Assembly: GCF_006345805.1 (NCBI RefSeq)
Contig: NW_021834678.1
Coordinates: 1 to 45,876, forward strand
Direction of reading: 5' to 3'
Origin: Octopus sinensis
Lineage: Eukaryota
DNA: 45,876 nt
Shown here: piece after piece, positions 12,918 to 24,095 of the stretch
How positions within the stretch are numbered: the stretch's first letter is position 1
How the letters are laid out: the number at the start of each line of letters is the position of its first letter
Made by a program: the position numbers and the translations under genes
Notes under the pieces: generated by a model
Told to the model about the DNA's origin: nothing
The model's database searches: none
Seen by the model: the letters and a program-made list of their open reading frames with translations, nothing else

Positions 12918-13130
12918 TTGAAATATGCCTATATATGTACATATGTGTAAATTTCAAACGAATACAGGCAACATAATCTTTGTTGGTTACGTGCATAATA
13001 CATATCAAACTTTCGAACCTTGAATGACATTTGTAATTAAAAACAAAAACAAAAGAAAAGGACACAAAAAGAAACTCTTTGTTACACTCATTTGTTGACT
13101 TCTAATTTCTATGCATGTAAATAAAGCGTT

Positions 13131-13356
13131 GTGCTAGCAGAAACGTTAAAACACCCAACAAAATACTCCGACTTCACTTTATCTTTCGACTTCACGTTTT
13201 AAGCTGAAATACCGCTGGTTTTGACTTTGCCTTTCACTCTCTTGGGGTCGATAAAATAAGCACTAGTTGAAGACTAGGGTCGATGTAATCGACTTAACCC
13301 TCGCCCCTATACTCTATCCCCGAAATTGCTGGCCATGTGCCGAACTTTGAAACCAC
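13131..13356 (+). mobile_element. Diverged SINE family D
   Basis: gactttgcctttcactctcttggggtcgataaaataag...gggtcgatgtaatcgactta...gaaattgctggccatgtgcc. Confidence 0.7.
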
Positions 13357-13380
13357 TTTATGGACATGTATTAATATACT

Positions 13381-13783
13381 TTTCTTGTTTCAGTCATCAG
13401 GTTGCGGCCATGCTGGGGCACGGCATTGAAGTTTTTTTTTTTCGGAACAAATCGACCTAAATGCTTTTTTTCTTTGAAGCCCTGTATTTATTCTAACGCT
13501 TACTTTTGCTGAACCGCTATTTTACAGAGACGTAAATACACTAGCACCGGTTGATAAGCGGTGGTGTGGGACAAACACGCACACGAAGTCACACACATAC
13601 GCAACGTCAAACACACACACACACACATATGTATACGATGGTCTTCTTTCAGTTACCGTCTACCAATTCCACCCACAACACTATAGTCAACCTGTGTCTA
13701 TAACAGAAAGACACTTGCCGTAGGTGGCACCGGAACCATGTGGATGGGAAGCAAAATTCTAACCACACAGCCACGCCTCTGCC
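13381..13783 (-). mobile_element. Diverged SINE family A
   Basis: Reverse complement of family A (tttcagttaccgtctaccaattccac; aaccacacagccacgcct). Confidence 0.8.
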
Positions 13784-13879
13784 TATTGTGTATAAATGTT
13801 CCTGTTTCTTCTTATAAATAGATAAAATATACTGTCTGGAGTCCTTTGATTTACAGGACCTATTATCCACATTCTGTGA

Positions 13880-14062
13880 CATTGAAGTGGTCCAAATGGA
13901 AACAGTTCCCCTGAACAGGAGGCTAGTCGGTCGCAGGTTTACGCATTTGCAGGAAAGTGAAGTAAAGCAACGTGAAGTGACTTATTTGGCTGCATCGGGA
14001 AACGAAGCCATTATCTCAAGCTGTAAGCGCAACACCCCTGCGCACTAGGCTACGCGCCTTCA
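13880..14062 (-). mobile_element. Diverged tRNA-head SINE related to family B
   Basis: The reverse complement begins gtgaaggcgcgtagcctagtg..., like family B, and contains cacttcacgttgct. Confidence 0.6.
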
Positions 14063-14472
14063 CCTCATTATATATGTGTGTAGACGCATGTGTACATGTG
14101 GGTATGTGAGAGAGAGAGAGTGAGAGTGTGTGTGCGTTTGTGTCTGTGTTTGTGTGTGTATGTGTTTGTGAGAGAGAGAATGAAAGAGAGAGATAAACCT
14201 ATTTTTAAGCAGGATTTAAATGACAAAGTAAGAAGAACCTAATTCCTATCAAAGTTGCTTTTGTGAGAAACTCGTTGTCAACTTCACACTGAAGCCGAAA
14301 AACATATCAACATTCAAACACACCTATACATGCACATACATACTCACAAAAACGTCGGCGACAACAAACATGCGATCTGCTATGCAAATATGTACTGTCA
14401 CACATGTATACATGGCTTCACACATAGAGACACTGGCATACATATAATTCTACAACTTATTAATCTTACAGT

Positions 14473-14817
14473 GTGAAGGCGCATGGCTCAGTGGTTAGAG
14501 CGTCGAGCTTACGATCGTGAGGTTGTGAGCTCGAATCCCGGACCGGGCTGCGTGTTGTGTTCTTGAGCAAGGCACTTTATTTCACGTTGCTCCAGTTCAC
14601 TCAGCTGTAGAAATGAGTTGCGACGTCTCTGGTGCCAAGATGTATCGACCTTTGTCTTTCTCTTGGATAACACTGGTGGCGTGGAGAGGGGAGGCTGGTA
14701 TGCATGGGCGACTGCTGGTCTTCTATAAACAACCTTGCCCGGACTTGTGTCTAGGAGGGTAACTTTCTAGGTGCAATCCCATGGTCATTCATGACCGAAG
14801 GGGGTCTTTACCCTTTT
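14473..14817 (+). mobile_element. tRNA-derived SINE family B, full length
   Basis: A-box tggctcagtgg and B-box-like gctcgaatccc, CORE-like ttgagcaaggcactttatttcacgttgctccagttcactcagctgtagaaatgag. Second copy at 24096. Confidence 0.9.
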
Positions 14818-15120
14818 AATCTTACTAGAGATAGAACTACTAAGGCATAAATTGGTGCATATACGTAGAGAGAGGGGGGAGAAAGAGATAGCTATAGATA
14901 TATAGATAAATACATTATATATGAACATCATATATACCATATATACATAAACCCCATAAGAGAATCCCCCCCCCCCCGACGACAATTACCCCCTTGGTTA
15001 ATTACCCATTCTGCAATATATTCAGGAGTTTTAAATCATCATCTGTTGTCCTCTAGGGTAATTGTCCTCGGGGGGGGGGGGGGTATTATCCATGGGGGTG
15101 GGTAAATTTCCTAGAGATCA

Positions 15121-15152
<32 letters not shown>

Positions 15153-15153
<1 letters not shown>

Positions 15154-15276
15154 TGGCCTGCTCGCTTAGCCAGCGGGGTGGCGTCCTTTGAAGGCTAAAA
15201 CAATGCGAAGCGCATTGTGACCAGCGATGTGTAACAACATCTGATGGCCTGGTCGGTCACGGTGATCACGGTGATA
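15153..15276 (+). mobile_element. Solo 3' tail module of SINE family C
   Basis: ggcctgctcgcttagccagc...ggtcacggtgatcacggtgata, repeated at 15566-15689 and 25597-25682. Confidence 0.85.
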
Positions 15277-15370
15277 TACATATATATACATGCATACATA
15301 CATATTTACATCTATATGCATATGAATACAGGCACACATGCATTTTTATACCATATATATTATGTAAATG

Positions 15371-15689
15371 GACGCACAATGGCCCAGTGGTTAGGGCAGC
15401 GGACTCGCGGTCTTAGCATCGTCGTTTCGATTCCCAGACCGGGCGTTGTGAGTGTCTATTGAGCGAAAACACCTAAAGCTGCACGAGGTTCAGGCAGTGG
15501 GGTTGGGGGTGTGTGCGATCATTGCTGTACTCTTTCGCCACAACTTTCTCTCATTCTTTCTTCTGTTGGCCTGCTCGCTTAGCCAGTTGGATCGCGTTAT
15601 TTGAAGGCTAAAACGATGCGAAGCGCATTGTGACCGGCGATGTGTAGCAACATTTGATAGCCTGGTTGGTCACGGTGATCACGGTGATA
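15371..15689 (+). mobile_element. tRNA-derived SINE family C (tail type 1)
   Basis: Head caatggcccagtggttagggcagcggactcgcggtc...gtttcgattcccagacc, shared with 30889. Confidence 0.85.
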
Positions 15690-15720
15690 TTGTGTAAATA
15701 CAGTATATATTTATGCAAAT

Positions 15721-16140
15721 GTGGTGAGCTGGCAGAAACTTTAGCACGCCGGGCGAAATGCGTGGCCATATTTCGTCTGCCGTTACGTTCTGAGTTCAAA
15801 TTCCGCCGAGGTCGACTTTGCCTTTCATCCTTTCGGGGTCGATTAAATAAGTACCAGTTACACACTGGGGTCGATATAATTGACTTAATCCGTTTGTCTG
15901 TCCTTGTTTGTCCTCTCTGTGTTTAGCCACTTGTGAGTAGTAAATAAAATAGGTATTTCGCCTGTCTTTGCGTTCTGAGTCCAAATTTCGCCGATGTCGA
16001 CTTTGCTTTTCATCCTTTTGAGGTCGATAATTTAAGTACTAATTACGTACTGGGGTCGATCTAATCGACTGGCTACCCGCCCACCCTACCCCCCCCCAAA
16101 AAAAAAAAATTTCGGGCCTTGTGCCTAGAGTAGAAAAGAA
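15721..16140 (+). mobile_element. Dimeric SINE family D
   Basis: Head ggtgagctggcagaaac...gccgggcgaaatgc. Two tandem copies (~15765-15890 and ~15950-16070) of tatttcgtctg...gttctgagttcaaattccgccgaggtcgactttgcctttcatcctttcggggtcgat. Confidence 0.9.
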
Positions 16141-16430
16141 AATATATTTACACGCACACATATTCTGTTATATGTTTCAGCCTTGAGGCTGTGGACATCC
16201 TGAGGCGTATACATATATACTCATATACGTATTCGTGCGTGTTCGTGGAGGAGTGCACGCGTATGTATGTATATACAGGCCAATACGTATATCTGAGTAT
16301 ATATGACATATGGTCATATACAGAGTAAAATGTTCCGCGCACACACACAAAAAGCAAGCGTACAGACACGCTCCCGTCCGCAAGGAAACAAACATACACA
16401 GAGACACACTTTGATATACACATACATACT

Positions 16431-16524
<94 letters not shown>

Positions 16525-16759
16525 AAGTGTGTCTCTGTGAATGTTTGCTTGCTTGCGGACGGGAGCGTGTCAGAACGCTTGCTTTTATTCTTTTATTCAT
16601 TTACTTGTATGAGTAATTTGACTGCGGTCATCCTGGAGCATATATGTATATATGTATATATATTTATATATGTGTTATATATGTATATGTGTATGTATAT
16701 GTATATATAGAGGTAGGGAGATAACCCTTATTTAAACCCCTATTTTCGTTCTAAAAGTA

Positions 16760-17560
16760 AATGTCTTTCAAAATAGTTACACTAAAAATAAGGTATCTAA
16801 TAGTAAAACTATTTGGTTAATTTTTCCTTATGGGAAGCAAATTAAATCTAATCTTCCTTTGCTGTTTCATGAAGCTATTATTACGATTTTTCCAAAGAAT
16901 TCTAGGTATTACTCTATTATCAACTCACAATTTAAGATTGGTTTATCCAACACAAAAAATCTCTTACAAATTATCTCTTCACATAATATTAGCCTGTTAA
17001 ATAGGGATATATTTACTAATACTAACATTAATTTAGCTAATACAATCTATTCCCCTAGAAATATTAATAACAAGGTTATTTTATCTGAAGTCATTTACAA
17101 CAGAATCAAGTTTTTGTCAAGTAACTATATACCAGTTTAAAATTACTTCTGGTAACAATGTATTTTCTAATATAGACAGCTCATCTTCTCAGTTATCTAA
17201 AAGAATTTCTAATCATTGCTCTACATTTAGAGATAGGAATAAGCGTAACAGTACTGGGCTTAGTAAATTAATTTGGCATCTAAAAGACCACAATAAACAA
17301 TTTAATTTAGATTGCTTGATTCTCTCAATTTCGATACCTTTGATAAAGACAAGGAATTATGTCTTCTCTGTAATTCTGAAATATTTTTTATTCTTTTTTT
17401 TTTCTATAAATCCCCTTGTAAACACGGTTATAAAGCGTGCATACCGATGTAAACATTGGCAGAAACACAACTTTAGTTCATATAAGTGATATCTATCATT
17501 ATATTTAATTTAAACATTAATTCTCTTATATTTCACTTTCACTAGATATATCGTTTCTAT
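16760..17560 (+). mobile_element. Decayed Penelope-like element (second lineage), RT-linker plus GIY-YIG region
   Basis: WLIFPYGKQIKSNLPLLFHEAIITIFPKNSRYYSIINSQFKIGLSNTKNLLQIISSHN (PLE WFNPP..K..TN...FP...Y..I...HN type), then SKRISNHCSTFRDRNKRNSTGLSKLIWHLKD and LCLLCNSE. Confidence 0.8.
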
Positions 17561-17779
17561 TTAATTTACATATCGTTATCTACTTCTCATTTATTTGGTT
17601 TTTTCTTTCCTTTACCCCTCCTCATTCTATATGCTATCTTTGACGTTATATCCTCTAAAGTTTTTTCAAAACAAACTTAATAGCGTTCAGTTAATAACTC
17701 TACATATCCGTCATATTCTGTTAAAATGTCTTATTGACGAGTTTCATTTCTTCTTTTCCCTGAAGAGAAGATTACATCG

Positions 17780-17945
17780 TTTTAGACCAAAATACGTGAA
17801 AACAGAAACGGATTCCATAATATTCAAAAGTTCATTGGACAAATTTCTTCAAAAAATCCTGGACCAACCTCCTACACCCGGTTATGTCTCCAAGAATAAA
17901 AACTCTTTTCTAGAGTGGGCCACGATGACCCATATATGACCAAAA
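17780..17945 (+). mobile_element. CR1/L2-like LINE ORF2 C-terminal fragment
   Basis: TDSIIFKSSLDKFLQKILDQPPTPGYVSKNKNSFLEW matches the FK..LD.FL..I.DQP..PGY....NS terminal motif. It ends at a (TC)n tract. Confidence 0.65.
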
Positions 17946-17960
17946 CACTTCACTAATCCA

Positions 17961-17996
<36 letters not shown>

Positions 17997-18124
17997 TATG
18001 TATATGCCCGTACACACACTCACACATATATCGGGGAATATGTGCATATCCTTAGATCCATGCATACTATTGCGTTATATTTACTTGAATGTGTGTGTAT
18101 GTGTGTGTGTATACTTGATCACTA

Positions 18125-18300
18125 AATTCACAAGTTGTTTTTTTATTCTCTCTCTGTTTATTTTCTCTTATTCTTTCCTCTTGAAGAGCGTACGCTCGAA
18201 ACGTTAAAGACTTTCTTACTTTCCCGAGCGTCAAACTAATACACCTTCTTGTTATTCATACACCTGTCTTCGTCTTTAGTTTTTCTATAAATTTTCTATA
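18125..18300 (+). mobile_element. PLE terminal-repeat tip (family shared with 32610-33140 and 40720-41243)
   Basis: ttgaagagcgtacgctcgaaacgttaaagactttct...cacctgtcttcgtc, abutting (TA)n. Confidence 0.75.
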
Positions 18301-18402
18301 TACATCCGTGTATATACATATACGCATATACGTGTACTTAACTATATAATATTATATATATTCATATATACGTATATATATATATATATATATATATATA
18401 CG

Positions 18403-18441
<39 letters not shown>

Positions 18442-18746
18442 ATATATGTGTATAGATACACACACCATACACATATATATATATATATGTATATATATGC
18501 ATATATTCATACGTATACATATTCATATATGTATACACAGTCATCTCTTTAGCATATTTGAGATACATACACCGCCAACATGATGCTGTGGATTTTGTCC
18601 CGTACATCAGACTGATAGAAACAACATCCTAGTAGCATTTTCACTTCCTTGTACCTTAACAATGATATGTACACAGGCCTAGAAAAATTCGTCTCCTCTA
18701 AGAAAGACGAAACAGTGAATAATACGTTCACTGACACTGCGTATAG

Positions 18747-18757
18747 CCGCCATTTTG
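18747..18757 (-). promoter_or_regulatory. YY1-type AAAATGGCGGC motif, possible TSS-proximal element
   Basis: The + strand reads gccgccatttt inside a unique non-repetitive island (18545-19000). A possible donor AAG|gtacaa lies at 18655/18654. Confidence 0.3.
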
Positions 18758-19197
18758 AATTTAAAAAATTAATACACGAAAATAACGCGCAGCATTAAGC
18801 TAAAATTGCCTTGTATGTTACATACCTAACGTATATACTGCGTTGATAGGCTGTATACATGTTAGGTATATTTCCTGACTACATTAACAATATTCATATC
18901 TCTCATCGATATATCATGCTTTGAAACAAAACTCGTCCGTAGGAGATATTGTCTAGACGTATATCTCTTGAAGAATATCAATGTTGTATTTGATAAAATA
19001 TATGATACATGGATGGATGGACAGATGGATGCCTATTTTAATCTAATACTGTTTTTGTTGCATACAATGGATATATATATATGTATGTGTATATATATGT
19101 GTGTGTGTGAGTATATATATATATAGAGAGAGATATATTCAAACACACACACACAACACATATATATATTCACACATTTAATTTTACGAAGAGTTAT

Positions 19198-19250
19198 TTA
19201 TTTTAAAACAAAGCATAGTTTGTAAAGGGGTCCATTCACTTCTATTTTAT
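19198..19250 (-). other. Candidate terminal exon ((D)KIEVNGPLYKLCFVLK*)
   Basis: Acceptor caatcttttccttttaaag. The phase-1 frame is open to TAA, and AATAAA overlaps the stop. Confidence 0.35.
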
Positions 19251-19330
19251 CTTTAAAAGGAAAAGATTGACTGACACCGAAGTTTCAACTTGTGTGTGTG
19301 TGTGTGTATGTTTGTGTGTGTGTATGTGTG

Positions 19331-19372
<42 letters not shown>

Positions 19373-20041
19373 TGTAATAATACATGCGAGTTATTAATAA
19401 TTTCACTACGCGGAGTAGTCTCCATATGTTCAATAAATATATATTTAGTGTTGGCCCATGATCCACACTACAAAAAGTCACCCTGTGGTTAAACCTCGGG
19501 GACTACACTTACTATGACACTAAATATATATATATTTATTAAACATATGGATATAACTCACTATGCATTCCTCGTCGACACACAAATAATTACACACACA
19601 TGCACACACAAATATATATAATACATACATACATACATACATGCATACATGCATACACACATACATGCATGCATACATACACAGCTATAGATTTATGTTG
19701 TTTCCTTCAGTTTTGCGTAGGCATGGAGTGGAAATATTATTTTTCATCATGTTATATTTATATAGCTTTCAAATATTCTGTACATTTAGAAATAAATTCA
19801 GAAAGAAAGAAAGGACATTCTATTTTTACGTATTTATTAACTGTGCTACATTTTCCAACAGACGCTATTGTTTAAAGTATTTTGTAGATTTTGATAAATT
19901 TCAACCAACCCATTCTTGTCTCCACATTGGCGAACAAACTAAGTTATATTTAACAAAAAATAGTTTACAGCATTAATCAACAGAATATTCTTCTACAAAT
20001 AATGCTAACCTCCTTATTAACGGAGTATGAAAAAAACTTAC

Positions 20042-20083
20042 CTTTCATTGTACACATATGCATTTGGGCTGGGCTAGGCTCGA
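20042..20083 (-). other. Candidate 42-nt symmetric exon ((V)EPSPAQMHMCTMK)
   Basis: ttattatttccttcttccag|TCGAGCC...ATGAAAG|gtaagt: near-ideal acceptor and donor. Only the phase-1 frame is open. Confidence 0.5.
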
Positions 20084-20224
20084 CTGGAAGAAGGAAATAA
20101 TAATTCAATTTCCTATTATAAGAATCAAGTCAAATTTTTTTAATTTCTGTTAATCTATCCACTGCTTTGGTAAAGAAATTTACAGCCCCCTGTAAGGTCT
20201 TCAGATTTAGGGACAAGCTTTACA

Positions 20225-21130
20225 ATTTACTGAAGTAGGGAACAATCTCCAAACCAAGAAACTTGAAGTGATAAAAAGCGAAACCGACCAACTCGACATC
20301 AGAAATCAGAACGAAAAGCAGGAAGAAATATTACAAAGCACCTCTTCTAAATACAGATATTCCGCCCTAGTACACCTTCTCGATTTACGACCTATGCAAC
20401 TTACGACCATCCGCACTTACGACCTAAATAAATAAATAAATAATAATAAATAGATAACAGACTTTGTGCTGCTACGCGTACGATAACTATGGTAGCTACG
20501 CATACGATAGCTATGCCTCAGACCCAGGCATCCATTGTGCCATTGTCTCTCACTCATTCGCTTTCAAGCGTAAGTTGCATTTGAATGAATACATTGTTGA
20601 AAAATATAAATCTGACATACGATCAGATCGACTTACGACCTGTCAATTGGAACGCAATTCGGTCGTAAGTCGAGGAGAAGGTGTAATAATAACACTGCAT
20701 TTCAAAGTGTACAACACAAGTGTCAGTCTTTATAGCCAATGTCGTATTAGAATTTTTTTTAAAGTTTCTTTGTAAACTACACACCTGCAATGCAATAAAA
20801 CTACACTGATAAATAAGACTACACTGACATGATTTTGTTTCTTTTGTTTGGGTTGCAATATTTTTTATCTCAACTCCTGTGTTGAATAAGTTTTGCACAA
20901 CGTCTGATAATCGATTATTTATATCTGGTTGTAAGTGCGGATGGTCGTAAGTTGCATAGGTCGTAAGTCGGGGAGAAGGTGTACTGGGGCGGAATATCTG
21001 CGTTTAGAAGAGATGCTTTGTAATGTTTCTTCATGCTTTTCGTACTGACTTCTGGTGTCGAGTTGGTCGGTTTCGAACTTTTATCACTTCAAGTTTCTTG
21101 GCTTGGAGACTGTTTCCTGCTTCATTAAAT
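20225..21130. repeat. Composite foldback with ~200 bp inverted arms (20225-20424 / 20927-21130)
   Basis: The arms align over their full length at roughly 85-90% identity by eye. Confidence 0.92.
20373..20683. mobile_element. Tigger/pogo-like MITE inside the foldback
   Basis: TA|caccttctcgatttacgacc ... ggtcgtaagtcgaggagaaggtg|TA: TIRs with TA flanks, plus sub-terminal (acttacgacc) repeats. Confidence 0.7.
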
Positions 21131-21133
21131 CAC

Positions 21134-21392
21134 GGGAGGGTAATTATGTCAATAACACGCGCACTGGTTATATTGCACTTCTGTATTATTCGTTAATTGG
21201 TTAACTATTTAGCCAACTACCTAATCAATTGTTTGATTATTCATTCGAAAGGATTGCAAGAAACAGCAGACTGATTGATTGACTAATGACTACTCATACA
21301 ATCAATTAGCTGGTTAAATAGTTAACCAATTAACAATTAAGAAACGAAATATAACCAGTACGTGTGTTTATTATAAGCATAATGACCCTCCT
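21134..21392. mobile_element. Foldback/MITE-like element with ~95 bp inverted arms
   Basis: gggagggtaattatg...actggttatatt...gttaattggttaactattta pairs with taaatagttaaccaattaac...aatataaccagt...cataatgaccctcc. Confidence 0.8.
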
Positions 21393-22104
21393 GAGATACA
21401 ACAATGTGAACTGATGAGAGATATACTTGAAACAAAAGTGATTACTAGAATAGTTTTAATGTGAGCAAATACAAATAATATTGACTTCTAAATTATAATT
21501 CCCAGTCTTTGAATATATAAGATTCCGATGATCTGTTATATTCATCTATTATATTAAGCTAGTTATTACGTTATTCGGTGACTGAATAAGGTGATAAATA
21601 GTTTTCTCACCACTATCCCAACGAATCTAACTCGATATAAAAGTAACATTTTAGGGCGATAATCGATGGATTTGCAAGAAGGCTTGATGGAACGCCTTGG
21701 AGTATATGTTCGGGTTTTTTGTGTTTGGAGTTTGAATTTCACTCTAAAAAAACAGCCACGATCATTGGAAATGGCTTCTCGTCATTACAAAACTGTGTCA
21801 AACAAGTTAACAATGAAAAACATTTAAGGGAGCCATGTTATGTAACTTCCTAGGAGTAGACAATACATGACATTGATGATGACAAAGAGGGGGAGAAGTA
21901 GAAGGAAAAATGATAGAGGAGGAGAACAAAGATGGGGATGACGATGACAACGATGATGATGGCAATGACAACTGCAATGAGGACGAGGACAATGATGATC
22001 ATAAAAATGATGCAGCACAATATGGACTCCTAAGGTATTTCCCCGTCACCCGCATTATTTTATCTCATACACTGCGCCACAACATTCACGCTAAGATATA
22101 TATA

Positions 22105-22254
22105 TAGGCGTAAGAGTGGCTGTGTGGTAAGTAGCTTGCTTACCAACCACATGGTTCCGGGTTCACTCCCACTACGTGTCTTCTACTATAGCCTCGGGCC
22201 GACCAAAACCTTGTGAGTCGGTTTGGTAGACGGAAACTGAAAGAAGACGTCGTG

Positions 22255-22317
<63 letters not shown>

Positions 22318-22548
22318 ATGTGTGTGTATATGTTTGTGCGTCTGTGTTTGCCCCTCAACGTCGCTTGACAACCGATGCTGGTGTGTTTACGTCCCCATAA
22401 CTTAGCGGTTCGGCAAAAGAGACCGATAGAATATGTACTAGGCTTACAAAGAATAAGTTCTGGGGATGATTTACTCGACTAAAGGCGATGCTCCAGCATG
22501 GCCGCAGTCAAATGACTGAAACAAGTAAAAGAGTAAAGAGTAAAAAGA
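22105..22548 (+). mobile_element. SINE family A
   Basis: Near-full-length match to 7528-7940. Confidence 0.9.
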
Positions 22549-22996
22549 GAGATATCTATAACTTGCCTAGTCTCGTTCAAGCAGAGTCAAAGAAAACGGG
22601 GTTCGGCCATTATATATGGGGAAATCTTGAGAAAGCTGAACGAGAATCAGTGACGATTTGTTTCGCCTTCCCGTAAAAGGAAACCGTGACAATCCCGTGA
22701 ATTTCAAAAGGAAACACCAAGCTCCCGAGCCTCAAAAGGAGTCTTGTCCTCTCTAACGAAACTTCTGATGTATGATCCCGTATAGAAGTCTCTCATGAAC
22801 GTTTCTAAAATCTCATGAATGTTTCCTAAATCAGCGGTTTGCTGAAGAGGTTGAAAAGTAACAACAACGAAATGGGTGTAAACGTGTCTATTGTTTACAC
22901 GCATTGCGATTAAATATAAGATCCACAGCAATCTCCATTATCGATATTTTCCAAAATTTCCATTTCTGCTGATCTTATTAAGAATGTCACACTTAC

Positions 22997-23058
22997 CTGC
23001 AGATTTCATCTTTAAACACCTCCAGAAAGAGTTTATGTCCATTAATTGCTCGGATAAT
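22997..23058 (-). other. Candidate exon (62 nt; LSEQLMDINSFWRCLKMKSA or IIRAINGHKLFLEVFKDEIC)
   Basis: Donor CAG|gtaagt and moderate acceptor atcttttattaattgag. Two frames are open. Confidence 0.35.
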
Positions 23059-23516
23059 CTCAATTAATAAAAGATATTAATTCATTACGCATACAAGACA
23101 CATACATACAAGTATGTATGTATGTATGTATGTATGTATGTATGTATGTATGTATGTATGTATGTATGTATGCATTTATAATTACGTATGTGGTGCGTGA
23201 GTGTGTGCGTGTGTGTGCGTGTTGTTTAGTGAATGTTCTGTTAATGCGTAACGTACAATAGTAGTTTTATGATAGGGTAATAGCGTGGGGATGGAGGAAA
23301 GCACAACAAAGAGGTATAGACAGAATATAAAATAAGTTGTAAGCGGAAAATTGGATTATGTGAATAAAATCTGTGTCAAAAAATACGTGGTAAGCCACCC
23401 ATAAAGTACATGTACCAGGCCGCTCGAAACGCACCAGAACAAATTTATTGGCATATATATACATACATACACAAACACATGCGCACACACGCACACACAC
23501 GCATACACACACACAC

Positions 23517-23577
<61 letters not shown>

Positions 23578-23584
23578 ATATATA

Positions 23585-23621
<37 letters not shown>

Positions 23622-23624
23622 ATA

Positions 23625-23885
23625 GTTGTATTATACTGTCAATCTAACATGAACGTGACAGTAGGGGGTACACCACCGCTTTTTAGCCCTAGGAAGCATC
23701 GACGCCTCCTGATGGCTTTGACACATTTTTCCCGTGTCCTTATATACATTTATCTATTTTTTTGGTATATAAGGACACAGGAAAAATGTGTCAAAGCCAT
23801 CAGGAGGCGTCGATGCTTCCTAGGACTAAACAGCGGTGGTGTACCCCCTTACTCTCACGTTCATGTTAGATTGACAGTATACAAC
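23625..23885. mobile_element. Young near-perfect palindromic MITE (~120 bp arms, ~17 nt spacer)
   Basis: tatactgtcaatctaacatgaacgtga...ccttatatac pairs with gtatataagg...tcacgttcatgttagattgacagtata, with only a few mismatches. Confidence 0.9.
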
Positions 23886-23948
23886 CATTCTATCGCCCCA
23901 CCACCGTACATATCTCTACGAGAGATTTAGAAATTTAATATTTCTTAT

Positions 23949-24001
<53 letters not shown>

Positions 24002-24006
24002 ATATA

Positions 24007-24052
<46 letters not shown>

Positions 24053-24095
24053 ATAAAGACATATAGCCATATATGTATGGATATTTACAGGTATG

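Noticed and set aside
14473-14545. tRNA-like sequences at SINE heads (also 15371, 24096, 30889, 40349)
   Set aside because: They have A/B boxes but no complete cloverleaf, and they run straight into SINE bodies.
21655-21745. Exon-like segment AIIDGFARRLDGTPW
   Set aside because: It has a weak donor and resembles a highly diverged family D SINE head.
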